DNA of 58,848 nt, counting the filler, from Jimgerdemannia flammicorona (Eukaryota), in NCBI GenBank assembly GCA_003990765.1. It is 2 parts of 2 records of this genome, joined end to end, with 100 filler letters (N's around TTAATTAATTAA, not from the genome) between each part and the next. Parts side by side here need not be neighbours in the genome. Positions count along the whole stretch, not along the records: positions 1 to 29,387 come from RBNJ01000500.1; 1 more part is not named here. The stretch is one strand, 5' to 3'. Position 1 is the first letter of the stretch, and the number at the start of each line of letters is the position of its first letter. The translations under genes were made by a program, and so were the position numbers. Positions 12,344-24,432 of the stretch are shown here, one piece after another. The notes beneath the pieces were generated by a model that saw only the letters and a list, made by a program, of their open reading frames with translations, was not told the origin of the DNA and made no database searches.

Positions 12344-12760
12344 TCACTTGAATTCCCAGGCTTCTACAATTTGTATTTCCTTATACTGTGTGATTTGTGT
12401 CATTATGTCCTTCCAATATTGTCTCTTGACATATCCAAAGTCTCCTGGGGTTACTCCTCGAAAATGGGCTAAGGCTGACTTGTCGTCTTTGAATAACTTG
12501 TACACTCTTTTTGCAATTGTAATCTGAGTGTAGGAGAGCTGACATTCTCTGATCCAGTCTTCTTTTCCCATCTTTGGTCTTGAATTCAGTAGCTGTCCCA
12601 ACTTGAAGTATTCCTGGAACTCGGTTCAGTTCTGGTAGGTCTTGAAATGTGAGATTTGTGACAAGTGTGTTTGCACTATACTCTGGATGCTGTCAAAGGA
12701 TTCTTCTATTGTTGGTGGCTCAGTGGAACACCACTGTCTTTCAATGGCTTACTGGGCCAT
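12344..12760 (-). pseudogene. G2 accessory ORF3 (138 codons) between integrase and PPT
   Basis: Own ATG at 12760 in a frame different from integrase. Reads MAQ*AIERQW...QEYFKLGQLL...ITIAKRVYKLFKDDKSALAHFRGVTPGDF...WEFK* with two in-frame stops. Confidence 0.7.
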
Positions 12761-12761
12761 A

Positions 12762-15700
12762 CTAGTAATTCTGAGGGCAGCAGTATTACTTTGTTAACTG
12801 GTCATGATACTTCTTGAGCTGGTTTTGGTAGATGGTAGTGGGGATAATTGTGCCTGAGAGTTTTCATAGCCAAAAGGTGGTTCCTTTTATATCTTGCACA
12901 AGGTAAGGTCCTTCCCACTTGGGCTCCAGTTTTCATGACCATGAGGCTTCTACCATATTCTGATACACCAGGACTTTGTCTCCTATTTTGATAATCTCCA
13001 GGGGTTTGTGGGTTTTTTCCACATTCTTCCATTGTAATTCCTGTGCCTTCATTATGTAATCCTCAGCCTTCTTTCTGATTTGGTATAGTCTCTATATTTC
13101 TCTATCCACATGTTTCCATACAGCATCCTCATTGGATGATAGGGTTTCTTGAGAGCTTTCTTCTCCAAACAGCATTTCTCGAGAGGTAAAGTAGGTACTT
13201 TGTGATCTGATATCTCGGAGAGCAGATAATGCTATTGGCAGATAGTGATCCCAGTTTTCATAGTTATTGCAGATCTTGGCAATAACATTCTTGAGAGTCT
13301 TGTTGGTCCTTTCAGCTTGTCCATTTCCTTAAGGGTGATAGGCTGTAGTCTGAATGTACTGGATCTTGTACTTCTTGTAGAGAACCTCAAAGAACTGGTT
13401 CATGAATTCTGTTCCTCTATCTGTAGTTACTTTCATTAGGGTCTTGAACTGACAGATGATTTCTTTGTGGAAGAAATCGGTAATTGACTGTACATTGGCT
13501 TCCTTGAGGAGTCCTGCTTCTATCCACTTCATAAAAAGGTCTACGATGACAATGATATATCAGTTACCAGTCAGGGTCAAGGGTAGAGGGCCAATTTCAT
13601 CCATTGCTATGTGGGCAAATGGTACTGGTTCTATATGTACCGATTCTGGGGCTTGGTTTTGTTGGTCTTGTTTCTGTTTCTGGCATTTGTCACAGTTTTT
13701 GGCAAATTGTCTGATATCTTTCTCCATTCCTGGCCACCATATTGTTCTTCTTGCCTTGTCATATGAATTCATTCCTCCTAGATGGCCAAGTTCATATACT
13801 GATTTCATTGCTTGCTCCTTTTTGTATTCTGGTATGACTAGTAGATTTTCTTTCTTCAGTATTTATCCATCAGTTTTGAATTGTTTCCATGTTCTGTTGA
13901 TAATCATTTGTGTCCATTCTTTCAGATGTTGGGGCATCTTTTGCTGTCCCAGATATGTGATGATTCCATAGTAGAGCTCCTTATTCATAATTGATTTATT
14001 GGTTGGAGATGTTTTGAGGTGTCCATGAGAGAGCATCTGCATTGGAATTTGTTCTTCCAGGGTAGTGTACAATGGTTATATTATAGGCTTGTAACTTCAT
14101 TTTCCATCTGGTGTAGATTCCTTTGGGTTGTCCAGTTATTAGTAGCCAAGTGAGAGCTGAGTGGTCCATCTGAATGGTGAAGTGTCTTCCAGCCAGATAG
14201 TAGTGGAACTTTTCCACAGCCCAGATAGCTGTGAGGCATTCCAACTTGTAGGATTCGTATTCTTTTTCAGCTCCTCAGATTCCATGGCAAAGGTATGCAA
14301 TGTCATACTCTTTTTTGTCTTTCTTTTGAGCTAGAACTGCTCCTAGTCCTTGTGCACTTGCATCTGTCTGAAGGATAAACTCTTGAGTCCAATTGGGTTG
14401 TCTGAGGATGGGTGCCTGGGTCAGTCTGACCTTGAGTTCATCAAATGCTTTTTGTTGTCTACCAGTCCAGTTGAATTTAGTGTCCTTCTTGTTGAGTTTA
14501 TAGATTAGACCTGCAATATTGGAGAATCCTCTAATAAATCTGCAATAGTAGGAGGCGAGTCCCATGAAGGCTTAGGCTTCTGTAATGGTGGTGGGCCTTG
14601 GGTATGCTGCTACTGCTTGTATCTTGAGGGGGTCCATGTGCATTCTGTCTCAATTGATAACATGGCCAAGGTAGGAGATCTTGATTTCTGCAAATTTGCA
14701 TTTCTTGGACTTGATATACAGGCCATGCTTTCTCAGTCTTTTTATTATCTGCCATATATACTGTAGGTGTTCCTCAGGTATCTTGCTGTAGATGATTATG
14801 TCATTGACATAGACCATCATCCATCTTCTCATGTCATAGTGGAAGATTTTGTTCATCATTTGCTGAAAGCTTGCTGGTGCATTGCACATCCCAAACAGCA
14901 TTCATAGGTAGATGTAGGTTCTATCTGGGGTGATGAAGGCTGACTTTTCACTTGTCATCTCTGTGAGTCTAATTTGGTGGAATCCTGAGTATAAGTCCAA
15001 GGTGCTGTAGTACTGTGTTTCGTCTCCCAGTATTATAAGGATGTCACTGATGAGGGGCAGTGGTTGGCAATCCTTCTTCGTAACTGCATTGAGCTTTCTA
15101 TAGTTGATACAGAGTCTTGGGGCGAATTCTCCAGGTTTGCTTCCTTTTTTCAGGGCTAATACAACTGATGAAGACCAGGGGCTGCTGGCTTCTTTGATAA
15201 TACTGGCTTCTTCCATCTGCTTGATTTCTTCTCTAAGCCATTCTCAGTAGGCTGATGGGACAGGTCTTGCCTTCTGGTAAATTGGTTCAGTGTCTCTGGT
15301 ATCTACCTCATGATAGTAGTGTGGGGTCTTTCCCTTGATATCCTTGAAATCTGTGGCAAGGACATCCTTGAATTCGTGGACTATTTTCTTGAGTTCCTCC
15401 TTGAGTGGAAATTCATTTCCAATGGTGTAACTGTGCTTGTTTGTGATTTCCTCCTTCTTATACTCCAGTTCAGTGATCTTGGTACTGGCGAATACTCCTC
15501 TTCCTGTGGATCTGAATTCTTTCTTTCCTCTTTTTGTTTCCTCCAAATTCTTGACTTCTATGATCCTTGATTGTAGGATTGGAAAGATCAACATCTGTGC
15601 CAATCGGTCCTTCTTCTTGACCAGGAATGGGATTATAGGATTGTGATTCCTAGCAATGAGCAGGATTTCTCCAGTATAGTCAGAATCGATGACTCCTCCT

Positions 15701-17945
15701 TTAATCGTAATTTCACTTCTGGCCAGGCTGCTTCTTGTCTTAAGGATCCCAACATGATCCTTTGGGATAGTCATCTCTAGTTCAGGGTGGTTGTTTGGGG
15801 TTCTAGTACAGCTTCTTCTACTGTGGCAATGTCCATTCCAGCTGTGTTTTCTGACTTGTATTCTGGCAAGACTGCATCAGGGTGGGTCCTTCAAATCTTG
15901 ACCTTAATTTCTTCTTCATCATCACTATTCTCCAGGAGAGCTGGTAGTTCATCATCTTCCTCCTACTTCTCTTTTCTGACCTGTTTTTCAAGAGCTTTCT
16001 GTCTTCTTTCCTGGTGGATTTTCTTGATTCTGATGGTGCACTGGTAGCAATCATTGACATGCTCTATATAGTACATCTTGATCCCATCTGAACAGACTCC
16101 TTGTGGTATATAGCCTTCTGTGATCTTCTTACACCATTCTTCTTTGCTCATCCATCCAACTTTCTTCTTCAGAGTAGTCACCATATAAGCTTCCTCTTGC
16201 TTGCTCTCTTCTTCCTCTATGTCAGGCAAGACTCCTTTGTTGACATTGATGGGAATTCATATCTTTTGTCCCCAGTAGGTGATTTGCATCTTCTGGGCAT
16301 TGAGATCAATTACTGCTCTGGCTTTGTGAAGCCATGAGGATGTCATACTTGGTGGCATTGGTTATGATTACATCTACTGGGATGATTGCTCCTCTAATCT
16401 TAATGGGAACTTCTCAGATCTTTCCCAGAGGGGTGGCTCTTGTACCATCTGCTGTGACAAAAACCAACTTGGTTGCTTCTTCAACTTCCCAGCCTAGGCA
16501 GTCTGCTGCTTTTTTGCTGAGGAGACATCCTCCTGCTCCAGTATCGATGATGGCTTCGAAGACTCTATCTTCGATTTGGCATATTGTATAGGCAGAGGTT
16601 TTGCAATTGTTTTCATTTTCTTCTCCTGAGTCCTCTTGAATGTTATTGGCCTTGGTTATCTTCCATCCTTGCTCCTTGGTTTTTTTTGGCAAGTCCGAAC
16701 CTCATTTGTTGTCTGAATGTTGGGATTTCTGTGAGCTGACTAAAGGTTGTATTGACCTTTTGTTGGCTAATGTCCTTGAAGATATCATACTTGAAAGTCT
16801 TGGTCTTGTGAAGTTTCTTTTCTTTTTCTCCTTTGCTGGCTAGGGTAGTTCCTCAGATAATATCTTAAACTGCTTGCTCCAGCTCTATATCTTGGTCCAT
16901 CTCTTTGGCTTGGCTTTTGGTGGCCATTTCCATCTGCTTTTCTACTGGGTTCTTCTTGGGTCTTCCTGGTGGTCTCTTGTAGGGTTCCTTGTGAACATTC
17001 TTCTTAGTAGTCTGAGCAGGATAGGCCTCTCATTCTTCTTCATCAGAATCTCCAATTTCCTCAAAGGTAATTGTATTGGCCTGCTCTTTGTTTCATATAG
17101 CATTGCTTGGTTGAGCCTTGTACTTGATTTCACTCATGTATTCATAGGAGTAGTGGCCCTCTTCTCTGCAGGTGTAGCAGATACCTTTCTTCTTATCCGA
17201 GGTGGCAACAAATTTCTAAACTAGGCAGCAGTTTCTTCCTTGGATTTCTTTTACCACATCTCCCAGGTGGGCAGTCATTTCAGTGAACCTCTTGGCAAGT
17301 TCCTCCATAGGGTCACTGTTCTTTTGCTGCTCTATAGTTTTTGGCTGAGGTGTGTTTCAATTGATCATTGTAGTAGGGATCATACTGGTTGCCTTAGGCA
17401 TTTCGATTTTGACTCCTGTGACTCTTTCCATTGTATGGTCTTGTGGGTGTCTGGCTGTCCAATATCACTGAGCATAGGTGACCTTCTGTGAGATCCAAGA
17501 CTACTAGTGATGAATGGATGGCCATGGCTATCTGGGTGAACTTCTTTCATGAAGGTTGCTTCGGCTACTTAATCTCGGATAGCAGTAGCATAATCTGCGA
17601 GGATTATCTGATATCGAATTCTGGTATAGAATGTGTTTGGATCCTCACTCATTCCTTGGTATGTTATGTTGAGCTGATCCTTCAGGGCTTACTTGATTTC
17701 ATCTGTATATTATGTATTTCAGAGCCAGGTCTTCTGTGCTGTCAGTATAGCATCAGTATCATTTCCTGCATGGGTTGTGGCTATGAATGCTGCTCTGGCA
17801 GGACCTTGTAGGCTGAAGAGCATGAGAGCTACTTGCTGTGCTGCTGTCAGGGTCCTTACAGTGGCATACTGCTCAAAATCATCAATGAAGATAATGATTG
17901 ATTCATCTGAGGTATACCTGTGGAATACTGGTGATCTCATATTCA
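12762..17945 (-). pseudogene. G2 gag-pol
   Basis: Gag SPVFHRY..FIDDFEQY. PR AIIDTGAGG. RT LCINYRKLN, LDLYSGFHQI, YVND. RH LQTDAS. IN GHLG..CDKCQ, PFAHIAMD, TDRGTEF, TTAYHP and a GPY motif. Confidence 0.93.
15505..15905 (-). pseudogene. dut: dUTPase domain of G2, between protease and RT
   Basis: TAGMDI, KTRSSLA, GGVIDSDYTGEI, DRLAQML, RGKKEFRSTG. Confidence 0.93.
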
Positions 17946-18060
17946 TTTTATCTGGGTATTGTGGCTTGGTTTGTGTAGTTGCTCGGGTAGTGGTGGTTAT
18001 TTGTTGTTCAGCTTGAAAGTGAGGGATTCGTCTTGAATCACCAGCTAATGGGCACCAAGT

Positions 18061-18514
18061 TGTAACATACTCTTGAAAGTACATCGGATTTCTGTATCTT
18101 GAATACTTGATCTTCTCTGACTCCTCGGAGTCCTTGGGATGCAGGGGTGGATGAGTTCGAAGTGTATCTGCCTGCAGCTTACTAGTTCCTTTGCTATCTC
18201 TTTGCTTTTGAACTATTTCAATCTGAGGTTTATTCACTCTAAGATACTGGGTTATTTATACAATTTTTGCTAACTATAAGGTGGCTAAGTAATGACTTAT
18301 TTCACAAGTGTTGAATCTTTTAACATTTGCTAAGATTTCGCTGATTGCAAAGATTCTAACATCTCCTAAATCTTTGCAAACATTAAAGTTTCTGCACTTT
18401 GTGGAATATAGCTGCTATTTATGAGGCTAAGCTATATTGGGAATCGGATTCAGGTACCACAATCAAATGTCTAATTCCCCTGTTTCATGTTACTAATTTG
18501 GATTGGCTGTTATA
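18061..18514 (-). repeat. 5' LTR of G2
   Basis: TGTAACA...TGTTATA termini; repeat of 11837-12302; PBS adjacent. Confidence 0.93.
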
Positions 18515-19485
18515 ATAGAGATAGAGGATCCCTTATTACTGGAGGGTTCACTGTCATCTTCATCTCAGATCTTCATTAATCTTGGCTCAGATAACTCTGG
18601 CTCGGACTCAGATATATATTGCAGATGAAAATAATTTTGATTGACTACTAGAGAGATAGATAATAGATATTATACTAGCTGGAATATAGAAATCCTAATG
18701 GGTACTTCTATGTAAGATTCTTAATTTCGATTTTTCTCTAAATTATATATTATATGAAATGACTCTATACTATTTGCATGGATCCTAGAGTCTATAAGCT
18801 TTGCCAGAATACCTAAGAAATATATACTTGCTGACTTTTAGCTCAAACTTATACCAATTAGTATTACAATTATTGAGGATATAAGTATCATATCTGAATA
18901 TATATAAATGCAATATATTAGACTTAGTTCTACTTCATAATTCCTCTAGAGTAAGATTATTATCTCTATGCTTATTGTTATTGGAATTCTTACTTAGCAC
19001 TTGAGAAATATATTAATTACAGATACATATACAATACTATATTAATAGCTTTGGCCCAATAAGAATATAATAATCCAGCTACATTAATCATCATTTGAGT
19101 TATTTTAATAAACATATAGTTAAATTACTCAGTCATATCATTCTGCTGAGATATATATATAAGGAGTTATTATTTAATACTATATACTGCATTTTTTTCA
19201 GAAACTGCTTGAATATATTATTGATATATTCATATCTATTATCTGATCATATAATATATACTCTATGTTCTATCTCATTCTCAGAAATCACTTTGAATTC
19301 TTTAAACTTCTCTAGTCTTTTATTCTTTATTGATAAGAAAAATATATATATCTTATATATATAATTATCAATAAATTAATAAAATACTTCTTCCCAGAGT
19401 GTAATGATATATATATCAGCCTGTATATATCCATATATAAAAGGTTGAGAATCCCAGATATGTACTTTAATTATTTCTTAAATGG
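18515..19485 (-). mobile_element. Ty1/Copia remnant 1, integrase segment
   Basis: Minus strand reads I*SDNRYEYINNIFKQFLKKN (about 19190-19255), a decayed IRSDNGGEY Copia integrase core. Lies upstream of the RT segment, as expected for Copia domain order. Confidence 0.75.
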
Positions 19486-20269
19486 TTTTTTTTTTTTTTT
19501 TTTTTTTTTATCCTTTACATATACTATTTCTGATTTATTGACAAGAATATACTAATGCTACAGAATGAAATTGTGACAAATGGATTGAGATCTTATATAG
19601 CTAGTTATGAGAGAAATTATCTCTAATGATTGCTCTTTGCAATATGCTCCAGCTTATTCTTTTTTTGGATGGTATTTAAGTTAAATGAACCCTTGGCAGC
19701 ATTGATCAGCTCATCAGCAAGATACTCAGTAATTGTTTTGTTGTTATGAAAAGTGGATTCATGAGTACAGATAGTTAAAGAACAATAGCTTGGTTGATGT
19801 AATATAGTAGAGAAATATCAACAACCTGGTGTCTGACAGTATTAGCTACACTAATGTGAGTAGAATCTTCACACAAACCAGTATTAATGATGACATCAAC
19901 ATGTACTTTAATAGGTTCTGGTCAGTGAGCAAGTATATAATCTCAAAGGTATTCTTAATGATACAAACTGCTATGAGCTTTTTGCCATTATTGCAGCCCT
20001 TCAATATGAGCAAATTGGTCAAGTACTTGATGATGAGGTACTGCACTTTCCAAAATCTCTTCTGAGCGAATTGTCATATAGTGTGTAGCAAATAGACATG
20101 GTGCCTAATTTGGATATAGTCTTGTAGAGAGATATTCTTGATTTTAACATCTTTATAACTCTAAGTATTGAATAACTTGTATATACAATCAGCAGTAGCA
20201 ATAATATCAGTAGGCAAGCTAAGAGAATCCATATTGCCTATAGATTAAGCTTCTGTATGAAAAAGGAGG
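19486..20269 (-). pseudogene. RPS5: Processed pseudogene (retrocopy) of 40S ribosomal protein S5 / uS7
   Basis: Intronless decayed CDS at about 19623-20232: [80 protein letters not shown]. 24-nt poly(A) at 19486-19509. TSD atttcttaaatg (19473-19484) and atttctcaaatg (20270-20281). Confidence 0.95.
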
Positions 20270-20430
20270 ATTTCTCAAATGCTCACCAGAATGCTTTATT
20301 TTCTATATATGCATTATAAAAGTATCCTCTAGATATATATATATTAGTAATTCTTTTACTGAGCTACTTTGGATCATCCTTCTGAGACTCAATTTACTGA
20401 TATCCTAAGTATTGATACTATATATTAGAT

Positions 20431-20665
20431 CAATTTTTTTGCCATAATGTCGATCTATGCTAAGGAGGCATAACTATACTACATTTTGCATAATATCAAC
20501 TATGCTATGCTCACATGATGTCAATCTTCATGATAAAAAACACCGATAACCCTGTGTCACCAAAATGACCATGCATCACCCCGAAATCCTAGGAAAGAAA
20601 CCTCAAATAAATGATCAATTGTTCTGTATTTGGGTGGAAACACATGGTATAAAAGATCGGCCCAA
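20431..20665 (-). repeat. Ngaro split direct repeat B2
   Basis: 235-bp direct repeat of 20947-21181. Confidence 0.93.
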
Positions 20666-20699
20666 CCACTATATATATATATGTAGGGTGAGGTGGGTG

Positions 20700-20946
20700 G
20701 TAATGAAATGCATATGAATATATGGAAGCACAAAAGCATAAATATAAAGTGCGTATGAAGTAATGTTGAGTGAATGGTAGAATTATATATAGAAGTAATG
20801 CGCACACTGCGCTAGTACCAAAAAAGGAGACTACACCTGATTTAGAAATGCCTTAGACAAACAACGGCATTGAAACATTTTGGGTGCTATATGCCCAAGA
20901 CCTTCCTGCATTCATTGACCTGTGGTCTCGAGTGAGCCCCCTTATT
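20700..20946 (-). repeat. Ngaro split direct repeat A2
   Basis: 247-bp direct repeat of 25891-26137. Confidence 0.93.
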
Positions 20947-21181
20947 CAATGTTTTTGCCGTAATGTTGATCTACGCTAAGGAGGCGTAACTATACTATGT
21001 TTTGCATAATATCAACTATACTATGCTCATGTGATGTCAATCTTCATGATAAAAAACACCAATAACCCCGTATCACCAAAATGACCATGCATCACCCCGA
21101 AATCCTAGGAAAGAAACCTCAAATAAATGATCGATTGTTCTGTATTTGGGTGGAAACACATGGTATAAAAGACCGGCCCAA
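20947..21181 (-). repeat. Ngaro split direct repeat B1
   Basis: Direct repeat of 20431-20665; directly abuts A2. Confidence 0.93.
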
Positions 21182-21361
21182 ATGTTATATGTAAAATGTG
21201 CAGAATGATGATGTGTAGCAGTGTGAGTTGGCAGTACCAAAAGAAAGAACTCGGCCCAAAAGAAGTAAAAGGGGGGTTATGGATGTGGAAATGTGAGCAG
21301 AGTAGAAGATAGAAAGGTGCCGAAGGCTTAATAGAAAGGCCGCGCCCAATATCAATGATAT

Positions 21362-21726
21362 GGCTGATGTCGCGAGCCATGTAGTTAAAACCGAGGGCAG
21401 GTGTCGCAAATCGTGTGAAAGCCAAGAAGCTGATTTAATGAGCCCAGTGATCGAGGGATAGAACTGGTGTCACAAGTTGCGCAGGGGTCCGAGTAGGCTG
21501 GTGTCACGAGCTGCGCAATAATAAAAAGAAGGAGGGCTGGTGTCGCAAGCCATGCAATATCAGAAAAGGTTGGTATCGCGAACTACATGGTGGCAAGAGG
21601 CTGAGGTGGGTAGATTAAAGGCTGGTGTCGCGAGCCATGCGGTGATGTAAGACCGATGAGGAGAGGTAAAGGCTGGTGTCACGTGCCGCGCAGGACCCAG
21701 AATAAGCTGGTGTCGCGGGCTATGTA
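21362..21726. repeat. Array of nine 22-bp direct repeats (consensus about GGCTGGTGTCGCGAGCCGCGCA) separated by unrelated 11-44 bp spacers
   Basis: Copies start at 21362, 21396, 21462, 21496, 21535, 21568, 21620, 21671 and 21705. Confidence 0.88.
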
Positions 21727-21752
21727 GTAGAAAAAGAGGAATGGGAAAATTG

Positions 21753-22816
21753 TTAACCGCAAGTAATATGAGTAGCAGAACAAGTATTACAAGTTAACAA
21801 AGCCTGAAGGTGGAGAATGCAAAAAATAGGCATGTGAATATAGCCTTTATATGCCACGCTCTCCCACCAATCCAATATCTGAATCTCGTAATCAGATAAG
21901 CCGGCTGCAGCGGCATTGGATGTTGCACCAATCTGAAAACTATGCCCAGCATAAAGAAGCAGATTCAGACCAATCCGTGGAAGTACCATGCAAAGATAAC
22001 TAATGAGATAGGCCCAAGAGAATGATCAATTTGTGGAATGCCAGAACAGAGGGGTGTCGGGTGGGGCTGGGTGTGCCAGGTAAAGAAGGCAAAGTAAGGA
22101 TACAATGCATGGTGTGGTGGAATCCATTTTGGCGATAAAAAGTGATGCACCCTGGCGAAACGGGTCTGTTTTAGAGGCCGGCAGGGTGAGCATAATATGG
22201 GTGGGGTCACAATGCTAGGTTGAAAGACCACAGAGCCACGGGACAGCTGGGAGATGGGATCGAAAGACCCGTCTCATGTAAATTCGCCAGAGCAAAGAAA
22301 ACTGACATATGCAAGCAACATTGCGGTCGCAAGATGTAGATCATCATAATCAGATAGCCGAAGCAGACTGATAAGACTGCGAAGAATATCAAGCATGATA
22401 GGAAGCCGAGGTCAAGTTGGGCATATGCCTAGCCACTGCTTCATGCCACACATCACTCAGGGAAGTTGGTGAAGACTGATGAATGGATTGGCAAAGCCGG
22501 AGTTGATGTATAGAGAACAAACAGCCGAGAGGTAATGTTTGATTGTGGATGGTTGAAGCTATCGCAAGGCTAAGCTACAGATCCACTGCATTAGCACCAG
22601 TTCGGATGCAGGCAAAGGCCTGCCAGAGGCATTATTACCATCATGGAGATTGCAGAATTGGAGGAAGCTGTGTTGTCCTGAAGAGTATGAGCGGCACATT
22701 GATTTTGCCAGTCTGAACCACAAAAAGAAGACAATGATGGGTGGAAGCATGGAATGCAAATGATACCAATCGCGGTTGGGAGCATCTGAGCATAGGGGGC
22801 AAGATGACGGAAACAA
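21753..22816 (-). pseudogene. Tyrosine recombinase of the Ngaro element, frameshifted
   Basis: N-terminal RSYSSGQHSFLQFC..PLPASELVLMQWI. C-terminal YAGHSFQIGATSNAAAAGLSDYEIQILDWWESVAYKGYI matches HSFRxGAA...GRWxSxAY. Overlaps the end of RNase H. Confidence 0.92.
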
Positions 22817-24267
22817 GGAAGATCAGCATGGGATAAAGCATCAGCAATGCTATTATCGGACATCGAGATGAATATGGCATGAAGTTGAAAAGCGTGATGC
22901 GCCATTTAAAAATAGAGCTAGCGAAGAAGTTCCAGCAGAAGAGGGTTGCATGAAGAGCCTGAGTTGATAATAGCGACAACTACCTGATTATCAGAATGAA
23001 GCAATATACAGTGAAAATGCCATTGAGCACCCCAGGTAGTAGTGGCAGTGACCATGGCATAAAGTTCCTTGAACTGAATATCGCGCGAGGCTATATCAGG
23101 AGGCCAGGGAGCAGAAAACCATTCGCTATTGAAATGTGCACCAAAGCCTTGGATCCTGCTGGCATCTGTCCATAATTGTGCATCAGGCTCATAGAACCAT
23201 GCCACCAGATGTATAATGGAAATACCATTCCAGTGGGGTAGGAATTTGAGCCACCAACAAATATCAGTGTAGAATTCCTCATTCAGTGAGATATGGAATG
23301 AGGCGTTGCCAGAAAGAAGGTCAATAAACTGCTGCAGGAATGGGCAGCCTGGCAGAATGATTTTATAGGCAAATGCCAAGGAACCAATAAGAGACTGCAG
23401 TTGAGGGTGTGTATATAGCATACGCGATAGCCACTGCTGAAGAGTGGCGAGCAATGTGTCAAGCTTGCCGAGAGACAGGCAGGCTTCCATAGTCATTGTA
23501 TCCAATTCGATGCCCAGAAAGACAAGTGAGGTTGTCGGGCCTTTGATCTTGCACTCTTGAATCGACCAGCTGAGATGACGACAGATGGCAAGAAGTAAAT
23601 GTAGGTTGGAGAGGGCAAATGGCCAGAATGGCAGCGAAACAAGGAGGAAATTGTCGATATAGTAGATGAGCATGCATATGTCATGATGGTGGGTGATCCA
23701 TGCAAGAAGCTCTGCAAAAAGGTTGAAAAGAAATGGTGATGAGGATGCGCCAAAAGGAGTGAACCGATCGAAATAAAACTGCCCTGACCACTCAAAACCC
23801 AGCAACTCCCAATCCATAGAATGGATGAGAATATGATGATATGCATTAGCGAGGTCAACCTTTGATAGAAGACATCCCTGGCCAAAATGATGAACCAAGT
23901 CCAAAGCCTCGTCGAACTTAATGTAAGAGAGCTGGAAGGCATTGGTATCTATACCGGCATTCACCGAATCGCCATGACGGGGCCAAGAAAGGTCATGAAT
24001 ACAACACCATGCACTATTAGAATTCTTCTTCACGATGGTACCAAGAGGAGATGAGCAAAAGCATTCGAACCGAGGGGATGAGAATGGGCCACAAATTCTA
24101 CCAGCGGTGACTTTCCGCTCGATGTCAGACGTGATCGCTTCTGGGTGGTCGAGAGCGGAGCGATGATTGTAGGACAGCAGGTGCCAATGAGGTCCATCAA
24201 AGCCGAGAAGAGCACCTTGAGTAATAGCAGCGATGGCAGCCTGAGCTACTTGTAGGTCAAGATACAA
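22800..24267 (-). pseudogene. Ngaro RT/RNase H; a 449-aa stretch is still open but catalytic YxDD reads YIDN
   Basis: SSPLGTIVKK, IHDLSWP, KVDLANAYHHI, PFGASSSP, YYIDNF, FLGIELD, WTDAS, KELYAM, SDNQ, NSIADALS. Confidence 0.94.
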
Positions 24268-24432
24268 CTGGAGCTCATGTGCCCACGCAACAGGGCAAAG
24301 AGCAGAAGAAGGAAGAGGAAAATAATGTAGAATGTCTTGAGCAGCTTCGTTAAGAGGAGTGGTAAATGGGCGACAGAGTAGGGTATTTGGAGCAGCCAGG
24401 GGTATGTGTAAAGAATAAATGGGGGCAAGTTC

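Larger units (their letters stand above)
11837..18514 (-). mobile_element. Structurally complete Ty3/Gypsy element G2 (dUTPase plus ORF3), inserted in Copia remnant 1
   Basis: Two LTRs, 4-bp TSD ATAG (11833-11836 and 18515-18518), PBS at 18049-18057, PPT GGAGGGAGA at 12303-12311, and gag-PR-dUTPase-RT-RH-IN fragments. Confidence 0.95.

Noticed and set aside
12344..12760. ORF3 as an envelope gene
   Set aside because: Too short, with no signal peptide, transmembrane segment or furin-type site.
19623..20232. Functional RPS5 gene
   Set aside because: In-frame stops, a frameshift, many radical substitutions at conserved residues, and poly(A) plus TSD.
21362..21726. CRISPR array
   Set aside because: Eukaryotic retrotransposon context, no cas genes, degenerate repeats and spacer lengths from 11 to 44 bp. 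Reported as a repeat array only.
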